A stretch of 64,000 nucleotides of DNA. Source: an uncultured Gemmatimonadales bacterium. Its GTDB lineage: Bacteria; Gemmatimonadota; Gemmatimonadetes; Longimicrobiales; RSA9. The notes below the pieces were generated by a model, which saw only the letters and a list, made by a program, of their open reading frames with translations, did not search any database and was not told the DNA's origin. Of the stretch, positions 1-9,132 are shown one piece after another (the first letter of the stretch is position 1; each line of letters opens with the position of its first letter). The position numbers and the translations under genes were made by a program. The stretch spans positions 352,001 to 416,000 of the forward strand of contig CAWFKH010000003.1 in the NCBI GenBank assembly GCA_963816355.1. The letters are read 5' to 3'.

Positions 1-662
1 AGGCAACGCCGGCCGACGTGCTGGACCGCGTCCGCGCGGGCGACGCGGAGGCGGTGCTCCTGTCGGCGTCGTGCCCGTGGCGAGAGGCGGAGCTGCTGCT
101 GACTGCGTTGCGCGCCGAGCCGGCGGCGCGCGAGGTGCCGGTCCTGGCGCTCGACGCGCCGACGCCCGCCCGCGCTGCGTCGCTGCTGGCCGCGGGGGCC
201 GACGCCTGCGTGAGGGCGGAGGCCGGTCTGAGGGAGCTGCGCGAGGCGCTTTCGGTACTCCTCGGACGGGAGGCGCGGCGTCGCCAGGAGGCGCCGTTGG
301 AGGACCGCGGCACCGCCGGCGATGCGCGCGATGCCCACGCCCTGAGCGGCGACCTCGGGGAGTTCGCGCTGCCGTGGCTGCTGCAGATGCTCGGCTACGG
401 CGCGCGCACGGCGGCGGTCTCGGTGCGCGGCGCGGCGGGCGAGGGCGTCGTGTACGTGGAGCGAGGCGAGCCGAGCGACGCCCGTATCAGCGGCGCCGCC
501 GGCGGGGAGCGCGGTGAAGCGGCGCTGGCGAAGATGCTCGCCTGGCGCAGCGGGCGGTTCGTGGTGCGACTCGGCCGGGAAGCGCCGGAGCGCACGATCC
601 GGCGGCCGCTCCTGGCGCTGCTGCTCGGCGGCGCGCCCGGCGGTCCCTACATGCGGCGGTAG
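1..662 (+). CDS. Receiver-like domain + DUF4388 (PatA-N-like) signalling protein, probably 5'-truncated by the window edge
   Basis: LSGDLGEFALPWLLQML...GVVYVERGEPSDAR...GEAALAKMLAWRSGRFVV is DUF4388-like; VPVLAL..LAAGADACV is receiver-like; the frame is open to the window start. Confidence 0.7.
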   Translation, partial: ATPADVLDRVRAGDAEAVLLSASCPWREAELLLTALRAEPAAREVPVLALDAPTPARAASLLAAGADACVRAEAGLRELREALSVLLGREARRRQEAPLEDRGTAGDARDAHALSGDLGEFALPWLLQMLGYGARTAAVSVRGAAGEGVVYVERGEPSDARISGAAGGERGEAALAKMLAWRSGRFVVRLGREAPERTIRRPLLALLLGGAPGGPYMRR

Positions 663-2323
663 CGCGGACCGCTGCCGCCCTCGCGCGGCGTCCAACGGGG
701 TCCGAGGACATCGGTCGCCTTGCAGTCGATGCAGTTCGGCGCGTTGACGACGAGGCGGTCGCCGTCGCGCTCGTAGACGCCGGCGGGGCACATGTGCGCG
801 TAGAAGTCGGCGAGGTCGGGCGGCACGTCCTCGCCGACGATCAGGTGCTGCGGGATGTCGTCGCGCGTCTGGTTGCCCGCCTTGAACACCGCGTCGAGCT
901 TGCGGATGGTGAGCGGCCCTTCGGCCGGGGCGGGGAAGCGGCCCGGCTTGCGCTCTTCGGCCGCGTCGGGCTCGGCGTGGATGCGGCCGGCGGGGAAGCG
1001 GCCGCCGGTGAGCGTCATGAGGGCCGCCTTGGCGCCACCCCATGCGAGGCCGTCCTTGAAGGCGAGGCGCATGTTGCGGCGCGCGTGCAGGTCGCGGGCG
1101 ATGTAGGAGCTGCGAACCATGCGATCGTAGGCGGCGAGCTTGTCGGTGCCGTCGTCCACGGTGAGCGCCTCGAAGATGGCGCGCGCGGCGTAGATGCCCG
1201 ACTGCATCGCGTAGTGGATCCCCTTGAGCGATGCGACGTCGACGAGTCCGGCGGCGTCGCCGAGCAACAGGACGCCGTCGCCCCACAGGCGCTCCGGGAT
1301 GGCGTGGTAGCCCCCCTCCGGGATCGTCTTCGCGCCCCATTCGACGAGCTCGCCGCCCTCCAGGTAGGGGCGGAAGAGCGGGTGCAGCTTCATGCGCTGC
1401 ACCAGCTCGTGGACGTCGAGGTCGGCCTCCGGATAGTCGAGGCCGACGACGAGCCCGATGGAGACGAGGTTCGGCTCGAGCGGGTAGACGAAGGATCCGC
1501 CGAACGCGTCGCCGGGCAACGGCCAGCCGAGCGTGTGGATGATCCGGTCGAGCGGCCGCTTCGTCTCCCACAGCTCCTTGACGCCGAGCGCGTAGATCTG
1601 CGGGTTCTTCGAGGTGACGCCACGCCACTTCCGCCACGCCTGAGACAGCGCGCCGCGCGTGCCTTCGGCGAGCGCGGTGACCTTCGCCACGACGTCGGTC
1701 GCCGGCATGCCGCCGGCCGTCGGACGCCCCTCCCGGTCGAGGCCCGAGGGAACGGTGCGGACGCCGCGCACGCGGTGGCCGTCGACGAGCAGTGACGCCG
1801 CGGGGAAGCCGGTGAAGACGTCGACGCCCGCTTCCTGCGCCTTCTCACCCATCCAGCGTACGACCTCGCAGATCGAGGCGACGTGGTTGCCCGCGTTGTG
1901 CATCGTCGGCGGCGTGGGGATCGGGATGGCGCGGCTGCCGGTGAGGAAATAGACCGATTCCTCGTCGACGCGTTGCCGCAGCGGCCATTCCGCTTCCGGC
2001 ACGTCGGGGAACAGCTCGCGCAGCGCGACCGGGTTCACCACGGCACCCGAGAGGCAGTGCTCGCCGAGCCCCTCCGCCTTCTCGAGCACGGCGATCGAGA
2101 GGCCGCCGCCCCGCCGGCCCGCCTCTTCGGCGGCGCGGCTGAGGCGGGCGAGCTCGATGGCGCCGGCGAGGCCGGCCGGCCCGCCGCCCACGAAGAGGGC
2201 GTCGACCTCCACCGCCTCCTCGCCGGGCGGCTCCGAGAGGACGAGCCGATCGAGAGGGAGATCCGGCTGGAATCGGGCCGGAACGAAGCGGGCGCCGCCG
2301 CGCGGGTGCGTGCTGTCCGTCAT
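647..2323 (-). CDS. Electron transfer flavoprotein:quinone oxidoreductase (ETF-QO/FixCX-like)
   Basis: VGGGPAGLAGA FAD motif, LSGAV, LGVKELWE, KGIHYAMQSG, C-terminal CPAGVYE..NCIDC Fe-S domain. Confidence 0.93.
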   Translation of the reverse strand: MTDSTHPRGGARFVPARFQPDLPLDRLVLSEPPGEEAVEVDALFVGGGPAGLAGAIELARLSRAAEEAGRRGGGLSIAVLEKAEGLGEHCLSGAVVNPVALRELFPDVPEAEWPLRQRVDEESVYFLTGSRAIPIPTPPTMHNAGNHVASICEVVRWMGEKAQEAGVDVFTGFPAASLLVDGHRVRGVRTVPSGLDREGRPTAGGMPATDVVAKVTALAEGTRGALSQAWRKWRGVTSKNPQIYALGVKELWETKRPLDRIIHTLGWPLPGDAFGGSFVYPLEPNLVSIGLVVGLDYPEADLDVHELVQRMKLHPLFRPYLEGGELVEWGAKTIPEGGYHAIPERLWGDGVLLLGDAAGLVDVASLKGIHYAMQSGIYAARAIFEALTVDDGTDKLAAYDRMVRSSYIARDLHARRNMRLAFKDGLAWGGAKAALMTLTGGRFPAGRIHAEPDAAEERKPGRFPAPAEGPLTIRKLDAVFKAGNQTRDDIPQHLIVGEDVPPDLADFYAHMCPAGVYERDGDRLVVNAPNCIDCKATDVLGPRWTPREGGSGPRYRRM

Positions 2324-2369
2324 CGCTCACCTGTCCGTGGTGCGTGGCCGTCGTGGCCGGAGCCGTCGC

Positions 2370-3737
2370 TCAGAACGCCGGCTCGCCGGCCGCGGGATCG
2401 AGCTCGTCCAGCGGCAGCGCGATCGCCGTCGCTCCCGCCGGCAGCCCCTCCGCTCCGGCCGGCACGATGACGAGCGCGTCCGCCTCCGCGACGGAGCGCA
2501 GGATGCCGGAGCCCTGGGGCCCCGTCAACCGTGCGCGCCACTCCGCGCCATCGTGCTCGAGCCGCGCGCGGAGGAAGTGGGTCAGCCTCTGGTGCGCCGG
2601 AAACGGCTCGGCGAGGCGCACGGCGAGGGTGCGCGGGTGGACCTGGCGGCGGCCGAGCATGCGGCGGATCGCGGGGCGCACGAGGACCTCGAAGGTCACG
2701 AGCGCCGACACCGGATTGCCGGCGAGGCCGAAGACGGGCAGCCGGCGGGGCGCGGCCGGCGGCTCGGGGCCGCGCGCCGCCGCGGGGACCCGTTCGGCGC
2801 CCGCCGCTTCGGATCCGCGCGGCAGCATGCCGAAGGAGAAGGGGCTTCCGGGCCGCATGGTGACGCGCCAGAAGTCGAGCTGGAAGCCGAGCGACTCCAG
2901 CACGTCCTTGAGCCGATCGTGGTCGCCGACGCTGGCGCCGGCGGACGTCACGAGCGCGTCCGCGTGCGAGGCTGCCTCCAGGTGCTCGCGGATGCTGCCC
3001 TCGTCGTCGCGGGCGATGCCGAGCGGCAGCGGCGTCGCCCCGGTCGCGGCCACGGCAGCGGCGAGGGAGTAGGAGTTGGAGTTGACGATGGCGCGTCCCG
3101 CGACGACCTCCGCGATCCGCTCCGGCTCGACCAGCTCGTCGCCGTTCGAGAGGATCGCGACGCGCGGCCGGCGGTGGGCGAGCACCGTGGCGTGGCCGGT
3201 CGCCGCGAGCAGACCGATCTCGGGCGGCCGGAGGGTGCAGCCGGCCTCCAGGATGCGGACGCCGCGCCGCAGGTCTTCGCCGCGCCGGCGGATGTTGCGG
3301 CGGGCGTCGTCGTCGGAGCGGATGCGGACGGGGTAGGGAAGCTCTCCCGGCCGCTCCGCGTCCCACTGGTCGGTGTGCTCGATGCGGACCACGGTGTCGG
3401 CGCCGGCGGGCACGGGCGCCCCGGTCATGATGCGCGCCGCTTCGCCCGGCCCGAGCGCGCGCGTGGCCGCGTGGCCGGCGGGCACATCCTGGGTGACGCG
3501 CAGCTCGACCGGCCGCGCCTCCGACGCGCCGGCGATCTCCTCCGCCCGCACCGCGAAGCCGTCCATGGCGGAGTTGTCCCACGGCGGCTGGTCGATCGGC
3601 GAGACGATGGGCTCCGCGAGGACGGCACCCAGCGCGTCCGCAAGCGGCCGCTCCGCGGGCGGCAGCGGCGTCACCGCGGCGAGGATCCTGTCGAGCGCCT
3701 CGCGCACGGGCAGCCAGTCGGGACGCCTCCGGCTCAT
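2370..3737 (-). CDS. moeA: Molybdopterin molybdotransferase
   Basis: PPWDNSAMDGFAV, IMTGAPVPAGADTVV, GDEL, NSNSYSL, GASVGDHD, GNPVSA, QGSG. Confidence 0.95.
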   Translation of the reverse strand: MSRRRPDWLPVREALDRILAAVTPLPPAERPLADALGAVLAEPIVSPIDQPPWDNSAMDGFAVRAEEIAGASEARPVELRVTQDVPAGHAATRALGPGEAARIMTGAPVPAGADTVVRIEHTDQWDAERPGELPYPVRIRSDDDARRNIRRRGEDLRRGVRILEAGCTLRPPEIGLLAATGHATVLAHRRPRVAILSNGDELVEPERIAEVVAGRAIVNSNSYSLAAAVAATGATPLPLGIARDDEGSIREHLEAASHADALVTSAGASVGDHDRLKDVLESLGFQLDFWRVTMRPGSPFSFGMLPRGSEAAGAERVPAAARGPEPPAAPRRLPVFGLAGNPVSALVTFEVLVRPAIRRMLGRRQVHPRTLAVRLAEPFPAHQRLTHFLRARLEHDGAEWRARLTGPQGSGILRSVAEADALVIVPAGAEGLPAGATAIALPLDELDPAAGEPAF

Positions 3738-4366
3738 GGCGCCGCGCCCCGCGCGACGCGCTCAGCCCGCTCCCGGTCCTCGGGCGTGTTCACGTTCAGG
3801 AAGGCGGTCGCCGGGTCCGTCATGGTGCGCACATCGTCCAGCGGGATGCGGGCGACGCGAACGTCGTCCCAGAAGCCGATCACGCGGCGATCGCCGCGCT
3901 CGAGCGCCTCGATGATCGCGTCGTGGCAGCGCGCGGCGTACCAGGCACAGAGGGGCTCGACGCCTCGCCGCCCTTCGCTCTCGGGGGTCACGACGTCCGG
4001 CGGCGCGGGCTCACCGGCGCGCGCGACCTCGAGCAGGCGGCGCAGCAGCGGCACGGAGAGGAACGGCATGTCGCACGCCGCGATCAGAGCCCCCGCGCGG
4101 CCGCGCTCGCCGGCCCAACGCGCGGCCGTCAGGATCCCCCCGAGCACGCCGGCGCCCGGGCGCGCGTCCGCGCGGATCTCCAGACCCAGCGACGCGTACA
4201 GCTCCGGCTCGTTCGCCACCACCACGACATCGCCCACCGCCTCGGCGAGCGCCTCCACGACGCGCTCGACGATCGGCCTTCCCGCCACCGTGGCGAGCGC
4301 TTTCGGCGCGCCGTAGCGCCGGCTGAGGCCGCCGGCGAGCACCACCCCGATCGAGCCGGCGTTCAC
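3734..4366 (-). CDS. mobA: Molybdenum cofactor guanylyltransferase
   Basis: VLAGGLSRRYGAPKA, ACDMPF, EPLCAWY, FLNVNTPED; GTG start overlaps the fdhD stop (GTGA). Confidence 0.92.
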   Translation of the reverse strand: MNAGSIGVVLAGGLSRRYGAPKALATVAGRPIVERVVEALAEAVGDVVVVANEPELYASLGLEIRADARPGAGVLGGILTAARWAGERGRAGALIAACDMPFLSVPLLRRLLEVARAGEPAPPDVVTPESEGRRGVEPLCAWYAARCHDAIIEALERGDRRVIGFWDDVRVARIPLDDVRTMTDPATAFLNVNTPEDRERAERVARGAAP

Positions 4367-5076
4367 GGCGCGAACAGCCGGGCTCCGGCGCCCGCGGCGC
4401 GGGCGAGGATCGGCACCCCGGCCACCGCCGCGACGCGCAGCGCGAGCGTCGTCGGAACGGAGCGGCTCGCGATCCAGGCGAGTCGCGCGCGCCCCGCCTT
4501 CACGGCGAGCGCTCCGCTCACCCGCGACGAGAGGAAGAGTCCGAACCGCGAAAGGTCCAGCTCGGCGCGCCACGCGGCGCCGATCACGCGGTCCGCCGCA
4601 TTGTGGCGGCCCACGTCCTCGGCGCACGCGACGATGCGGTTTCCCGCGTCGACGAGCGCCGCGACGTGGACGCCGCCTCCGAAGTTGAAGCGCTCGGCGT
4701 CGGCGTACATCGCGCGGAGCAGCTCGGCGGCGGTGGCGGCGTCGGGCGGCGGGACGCGACCGCCTCCGAGGCGCTCCGGCTCGCAGTCGAGGAAGTGCCG
4801 AGGGCCGCACCCCGTCTCGCTCCCGTGGCGCAGCCGCGCCTCGAGTCGCTCCGCCGCTTCGCCTGCCAGCGCCACGCGAACCGTCCACACGTCGCCGTCG
4901 GCGGAGAGGGAGGCGCGCGAGAGGTCGGCGGGCGCGTCGACCAGGCCATCGGCGAGCAGCCGGCCGGCGGCGAGGTCGTCGAGACGATACGGCGTCGCCG
5001 TCGACGCCGCGACGAGGCGTCCGTTCGCCTCGATGCGGACGGCGGCTTCCTCGACCGGCTCGTTGCCCTTGCTCAT
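4363..5076 (-). CDS. fdhD: Formate dehydrogenase accessory sulfurtransferase FdhD/NarQ family
   Basis: TGCG, GGVHVAAL, EDVGRHNAADRVIG, SSRVS, SVPTTLA; ATG overlaps the tupC stop. Confidence 0.85.
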   Translation of the reverse strand: MSKGNEPVEEAAVRIEANGRLVAASTATPYRLDDLAAGRLLADGLVDAPADLSRASLSADGDVWTVRVALAGEAAERLEARLRHGSETGCGPRHFLDCEPERLGGGRVPPPDAATAAELLRAMYADAERFNFGGGVHVAALVDAGNRIVACAEDVGRHNAADRVIGAAWRAELDLSRFGLFLSSRVSGALAVKAGRARLAWIASRSVPTTLALRVAAVAGVPILARAAGAGARLFAP

Positions 5077-6224
5077 CCCGCCTCGCTGCTTGCAGGGTCT
5101 GCGCCGGGCGTACCCACGGCGTCCGCGGCGAAGGCGTGCAGCGCCGTCGCCTTGAGGCGCGCCGTCACCTCCGCCCCCACGCGGAGCCCGAGCGCGTCGG
5201 CGCTCCCGCGCGTGACGAGTGCGGCCAGCTCGATCTCCCCGTCGAGACGGACGCGTACCAGGCCCGCAGCCGGCGTGAGGCCGGTGACGCGGAGGCGGAA
5301 GCGGTTGCGCGCGCTGGTCAGGGCGTCGTCGCTCGCCGGCGCGAGGACCACGTCCTCCGGGCGGTAAGCGACGTGCGCCGCGCCGCCCGGTGCGCTCCAC
5401 GCGGGCGGTTCCGGCGGCAGGGCGAGCAGCACGCCCCCACCCCCGGTTCGCACCGCGGCCAGGCCGTCCTCCTCGCCGACGACCGTGCCGTCGAGGACGA
5501 GCTCCGCGCCCGTCATCGCGGCGACGAACGGCGTCGCCGGCCGCAGCACCAGCTCCTCCGGCGTCGCGGTCTGCACGATCCGGCCCGCCTCCATGACGGC
5601 GATGCGGTCCGCGAGCGCGAGGGCGTCGCCCGGGTCGTGGGTGATCAGCAGGACGGCACCGGCGTGCGCGCGCCCGAGACGCTCCAACTCGCCCCGGAAG
5701 CGCCGCCGCTGCGTGACGTCGAGGTTGGACGTCGGTTCGTCGAGCAGGAGGACGTCCGGCCGCAGCACCAGCGCGCGGGCGAGCGCGACCCGCTGGGCTT
5801 CGCCGCCCGAGAGCGCACGGGAGGAATCGCCGCCGCGGCCGGCGAGGCCGACCTCTTCGAGCGCGGCGGTGAGGCGCGCGCGGCGCTCCGCGCCGGAGAC
5901 GCCGCGTACGCGCAGGCCGTAGCCCACGTTCGCCGCGACCGTTCCCGCGAAGAGGAGCGGCGCCTGGAAGACGCCGGCGAGGCGCCGCCGCGCGACGCGG
6001 TCGGCGGGACCCACGGCGCGGCCGTCCAGCTCGACCGTCCCGGCGTCCGGCCGCTCGACGAGCAGGAGCATCCGGAAGAGTGTCGACTTGCCGGCGCCGT
6101 TCGGCCCGAGCACCGCCACCACCTCGCCGCGGCCGAGGCTCAGCTCCTCGACGTCGACGACGACGCGGCCGCCGTAGCGCCTGCGCAGGCCGCGCGCGCG
6201 CAGCAGCGGCGTCGTCGCGCTCAC
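5073..6224 (-). CDS. tupC: Tungstate/molybdate ABC transporter ATPase with C-terminal TOBE domains
   Basis: GPNGAGKST, LSGGEAQR, LLLDEP, TSARN..ALVTRGSADALGL TOBE; GTG overlaps the tupB stop. Confidence 0.85.
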   Translation of the reverse strand: MSATTPLLRARGLRRRYGGRVVVDVEELSLGRGEVVAVLGPNGAGKSTLFRMLLLVERPDAGTVELDGRAVGPADRVARRRLAGVFQAPLLFAGTVAANVGYGLRVRGVSGAERRARLTAALEEVGLAGRGGDSSRALSGGEAQRVALARALVLRPDVLLLDEPTSNLDVTQRRRFRGELERLGRAHAGAVLLITHDPGDALALADRIAVMEAGRIVQTATPEELVLRPATPFVAAMTGAELVLDGTVVGEEDGLAAVRTGGGGVLLALPPEPPAWSAPGGAAHVAYRPEDVVLAPASDDALTSARNRFRLRVTGLTPAAGLVRVRLDGEIELAALVTRGSADALGLRVGAEVTARLKATALHAFAADAVGTPGADPASSEAG

Positions 6225-6943
6225 AGCCACGGCCGCTCGGGCGCGAGCGCCGCGTGCCGGTCGTGCTGCGCGCGCGTGAAGAGGACGTTCGCCACGAACG
6301 CGATCAGCAGCAGCAGGACGCCGAGCGCCACCGCGGGGCCGAAGTTGCCGCGTCGCGTCTCGAGGACGATCGCGGTGGTCATGACGCGCGTTTCGCCCTC
6401 GATGTTGCCGCCCACCATCAGGACGGCGCCGACCTCGGACGTGACGGCGCCGAAGCCGGCGACGACGGCGGAGAGGAGGCCGAAGCGTGCCTCCCGGAGG
6501 TGGGTGGCGAGGGCGCGCGGGGGGGAAGCGCCGAGGGCGCGCGCCTGGAGCCAGAGATCGCGCGGCACCGCCTGCACGGCGGCGAGCGAGATGCCGGCCA
6601 CGTACGGGGCGGCGAGGATCGCCTGCGCGATCACCATCGCGGCGGGCGTGAAGAGCAGGCCGAGGCCACCGAGCGGGCCGGATCGCGAGAGCAGGAGATA
6701 GACGAAGAGACCGACGACGACCGGCGGCAGCGCGAAGCCGGTGTGGATGAGCGCGATCGCGAGTCCGCGGCCGCGGAACCGGCCGACGGCGGTGGCGATG
6801 CCGACCGGCATCCCCACGATCGTCCCGATCAGGAGTCCAGCGGCGGAGACGCGCAGCGTGAGGGCGACGATCTGCCAGAGGTAGGCGCCGCCGCCGAAGA
6901 TCTGTCGGAGCGCGTCGCCGGCCGCGTCGCCGATGAGGTGCAC
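6221..6943 (-). CDS. tupB: Tungstate ABC transporter permease
   Basis: LPPVVVGL, SRSGPLG, SEVGAVLMVGGNI, TRVMTTAIVLETRRG. Confidence 0.92.
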   Translation of the reverse strand: MHLIGDAAGDALRQIFGGGAYLWQIVALTLRVSAAGLLIGTIVGMPVGIATAVGRFRGRGLAIALIHTGFALPPVVVGLFVYLLLSRSGPLGGLGLLFTPAAMVIAQAILAAPYVAGISLAAVQAVPRDLWLQARALGASPPRALATHLREARFGLLSAVVAGFGAVTSEVGAVLMVGGNIEGETRVMTTAIVLETRRGNFGPAVALGVLLLLIAFVANVLFTRAQHDRHAALAPERPWL

Positions 6944-6952
6944 GGTCCCCGT

Positions 6953-7774
6953 TCAGGGGTCCGGGTAGAAGAGCGGCTGCCCGAGACGGTCGCGGCCGAA
7001 GCCCTCGATCAGGCGGCGCGCGGCCGGTGAGACGATCCACGCGGCGAAGGCCGCGGCGGCTTCCGGGTGCGACGCCCCGGCGACGCGCGTCACGCCGTAG
7101 ACGTTGCGCAGGCGCGAGTCGCCTTCCGCCAGGAGCCGCAGGGACGGCGCCTGCGCCAGCCACGTGGGACGGTCGCTCAGGATGTAGGCGCCGCGCTCCA
7201 CCGCGATGCGCAGCGCCGCCCCCATGCCGTTTCCCGAATCGATGTACCACGAACCGGCTTCGCGGGGGAACGTGTCCGGATCGAACCCCGCGGCGCGCCA
7301 CAGCTGCAGCTCGCGGCGGTTCGTGCCGCTATCGTCGCCGCGGGAGACGAACGGCGCGCGCGCGGCGGCGATCCGAGACAGGGCGTCCACCGCGTCGGAG
7401 TCGCCTGCGATGGCGGCGGGGTCGGACGCCGGACCCACGATCACGAACGCGTCGTGCATCACCGGTGAGCGGGAGACCGCGGCGCCGTCCATCACCATCT
7501 TCGCCTCGGCCACCGAATCGTGGCTCAGGATCACGTCGACGTCCTTGCGCCGGCCCAGCTGCAGCACCTCGCCGGTGCCACCCGTGATCAGCCGGATCCG
7601 GTATTCGGGACGAGCGGCTTCGAACGCGCTGTCCAGCGCCGCCAGGATGCCGGAATCCTCGAGCGTGGTCGTGGCCGCGAGATTCAGCGGGGCGCCCCCC
7701 CCGCGCTGGCCGGCGGAGCAGCCGGCCGTGGCGATCGCCGCGGCGAGCAGGAGCGGCGTCGCGCCGAGTCTCAA
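6953..7774 (-). CDS. tupA: Tungstate ABC transporter substrate-binding lipoprotein
   Basis: Lipobox TAGC, ATTTLEDSG, GTG, FVIVGP..DPA, FVSRGDDSGT, AYILSDR; TTG overlaps the BON stop. Confidence 0.88.
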   Translation of the reverse strand: MRLGATPLLLAAAIATAGCSAGQRGGGAPLNLAATTTLEDSGILAALDSAFEAARPEYRIRLITGGTGEVLQLGRRKDVDVILSHDSVAEAKMVMDGAAVSRSPVMHDAFVIVGPASDPAAIAGDSDAVDALSRIAAARAPFVSRGDDSGTNRRELQLWRAAGFDPDTFPREAGSWYIDSGNGMGAALRIAVERGAYILSDRPTWLAQAPSLRLLAEGDSRLRNVYGVTRVAGASHPEAAAAFAAWIVSPAARRLIEGFGRDRLGQPLFYPDP

Positions 7775-8259
7775 TGCTGCTCCCTGGAGCGCGATCCGAA
7801 CTGAGGCGCCCGCTCCGGCGCCGTGTAGCTCTCGCCGCGCTCGAGCGCCTTCTGGAGGTCGTGGGTGCCGTGCAGCTCGCCCTCAGGGTCCGGGCGCAGG
7901 TGCGCCGCCGACGGCTCGCCGCGGGTCCCGTCGCCGCCCAGATCGTCGCGCGCCTCCGCGGCTTCGGCGGCGGCGTCGTCGGCCGCCTCCGCCCTCTCGG
8001 TGCGCACCGATTCGTCCACGACGACGCCGTTGTCGACGCCGACGAGCCCGAGCTCGTCCTCCAGGATCTCGTCGAGCCGCTGCAGCTCCTGCTCCGTGCC
8101 GACCCGGCCCGTGAGCTGGACGGCGTGATCCTCGACCACGATCTCGACGAAGTCCGTGTTCACATCCTCGGCTTCGGCGAGCTTCTCCTCGATCAGCTCG
8201 AGCAGCTCGGCGTCGTCGAGGTCCTCCGTGTCGTAAATGCCTTCAAAGTCCTCAGCCAT
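7771..8259 (-). CDS. Acidic BON-domain protein
   Basis: DDAELLELIEEKL..VEIVVEDHAVQLTGRVGT..GLVGVDNGVVV; RBS GGAG upstream. Confidence 0.75.
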   Translation of the reverse strand: MAEDFEGIYDTEDLDDAELLELIEEKLAEAEDVNTDFVEIVVEDHAVQLTGRVGTEQELQRLDEILEDELGLVGVDNGVVVDESVRTERAEAADDAAAEAAEARDDLGGDGTRGEPSAAHLRPDPEGELHGTHDLQKALERGESYTAPERAPQFGSRSREQH

Positions 8260-8316
8260 TCGGTCGTCTCCTGCGCGGCGGCGATGCGCGCGCACTGCGG
8301 CGGCCGGCGGCGCGGC

Positions 8317-9021
8317 TCAGAACCGGTACGTCAGGCCGACCGATACGCCGAAGTGGGAAAGCCACTCGGTCGCCGGTACGTCCGACGAAGCGGTCAGGAA
8401 GCCGGCCGGCGTCTTGACCCGCCACAGGTAGTTGCGCGCATCGACCCTGATTCCCAGGCTCGGCGATGGGATCCACTCGATCCCCGCGCCCAGGTTCGCG
8501 GCGAATCTCGTGCCGGGACGGTACTGCAGCGTCGGATCCACCTCGACGTCCGGGGTCGAGGTCTTCGCCCGTACGACCGCGCCGACGCCCGCCGCGAAGT
8601 ACGGCAGCAGCCGGTGGAACGTGCGCGGACCGGTGAGGTCGAAGCGAAGGCCCGCGTTCACGACCGCGAGGGTGACGTCCTCCGATCCCGCGGCGAAGGG
8701 CGCCGTGGCGCCGTCCTGCGTCGTCGTGTCGACCACGGCCCGGCTGGTCGGCATCGCGAACGCGTCCGCTTCGAAGTTGAACGGCCCCGTCAGGCGGATG
8801 GCGTAGCGCACGCCGAAGATCGGTGCGGCTTCCACGCCGAGGCCCGGTCCCACGTGACCCGTCTCGCTGCCCAGGTATCCCGCGAAGACCGCCAGTTCCT
8901 GGCTGCGGTCCAGGAACGCGTACGGCGTGGTGATCCGCTGCGCGGCGGCAGGCCCCGCGATGGCGATCATCGTGAGCGCGAGTGCGACAGTGGCGGTGCG
9001 GCGCATGGCGTCCATTGGCAC
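8317..9021 (-). CDS. Outer-membrane beta-barrel protein (8-stranded, OmpA/OmpW-like)
   Basis: Signal peptide AAA|Q, PYFAAGVG, NLGAGIEW, terminal VGLTYRF. Confidence 0.8.
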   Translation of the reverse strand: MPMDAMRRTATVALALTMIAIAGPAAAQRITTPYAFLDRSQELAVFAGYLGSETGHVGPGLGVEAAPIFGVRYAIRLTGPFNFEADAFAMPTSRAVVDTTTQDGATAPFAAGSEDVTLAVVNAGLRFDLTGPRTFHRLLPYFAAGVGAVVRAKTSTPDVEVDPTLQYRPGTRFAANLGAGIEWIPSPSLGIRVDARNYLWRVKTPAGFLTASSDVPATEWLSHFGVSVGLTYRF

Positions 9022-9096
9022 GAGTCGGGGCCCTCCGGCGAATCCGGCTCGAAGCTAAGACGGGGCGAGAAAAGCGCGCAAGCGAGCGCGCCGTTG

Positions 9097-9126
9097 TTGA
9101 CACGGTCGGCGGACACCGCCTACGAT
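9097..9126 (+). promoter_or_regulatory. Sigma70-type promoter, likely leaderless
   Basis: TTGACA-18 bp-TACGAT, with ATG 6 nt after the -10 and no SD. Confidence 0.65.
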
Positions 9127-9132
9127 CGCCCC

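Noticed and set aside
9022..9132. Moco/Wco riboswitch upstream of the Mo/W operon
   Set aside because: The short intergenic region is occupied by promoter elements; no recognisable multi-stem consensus
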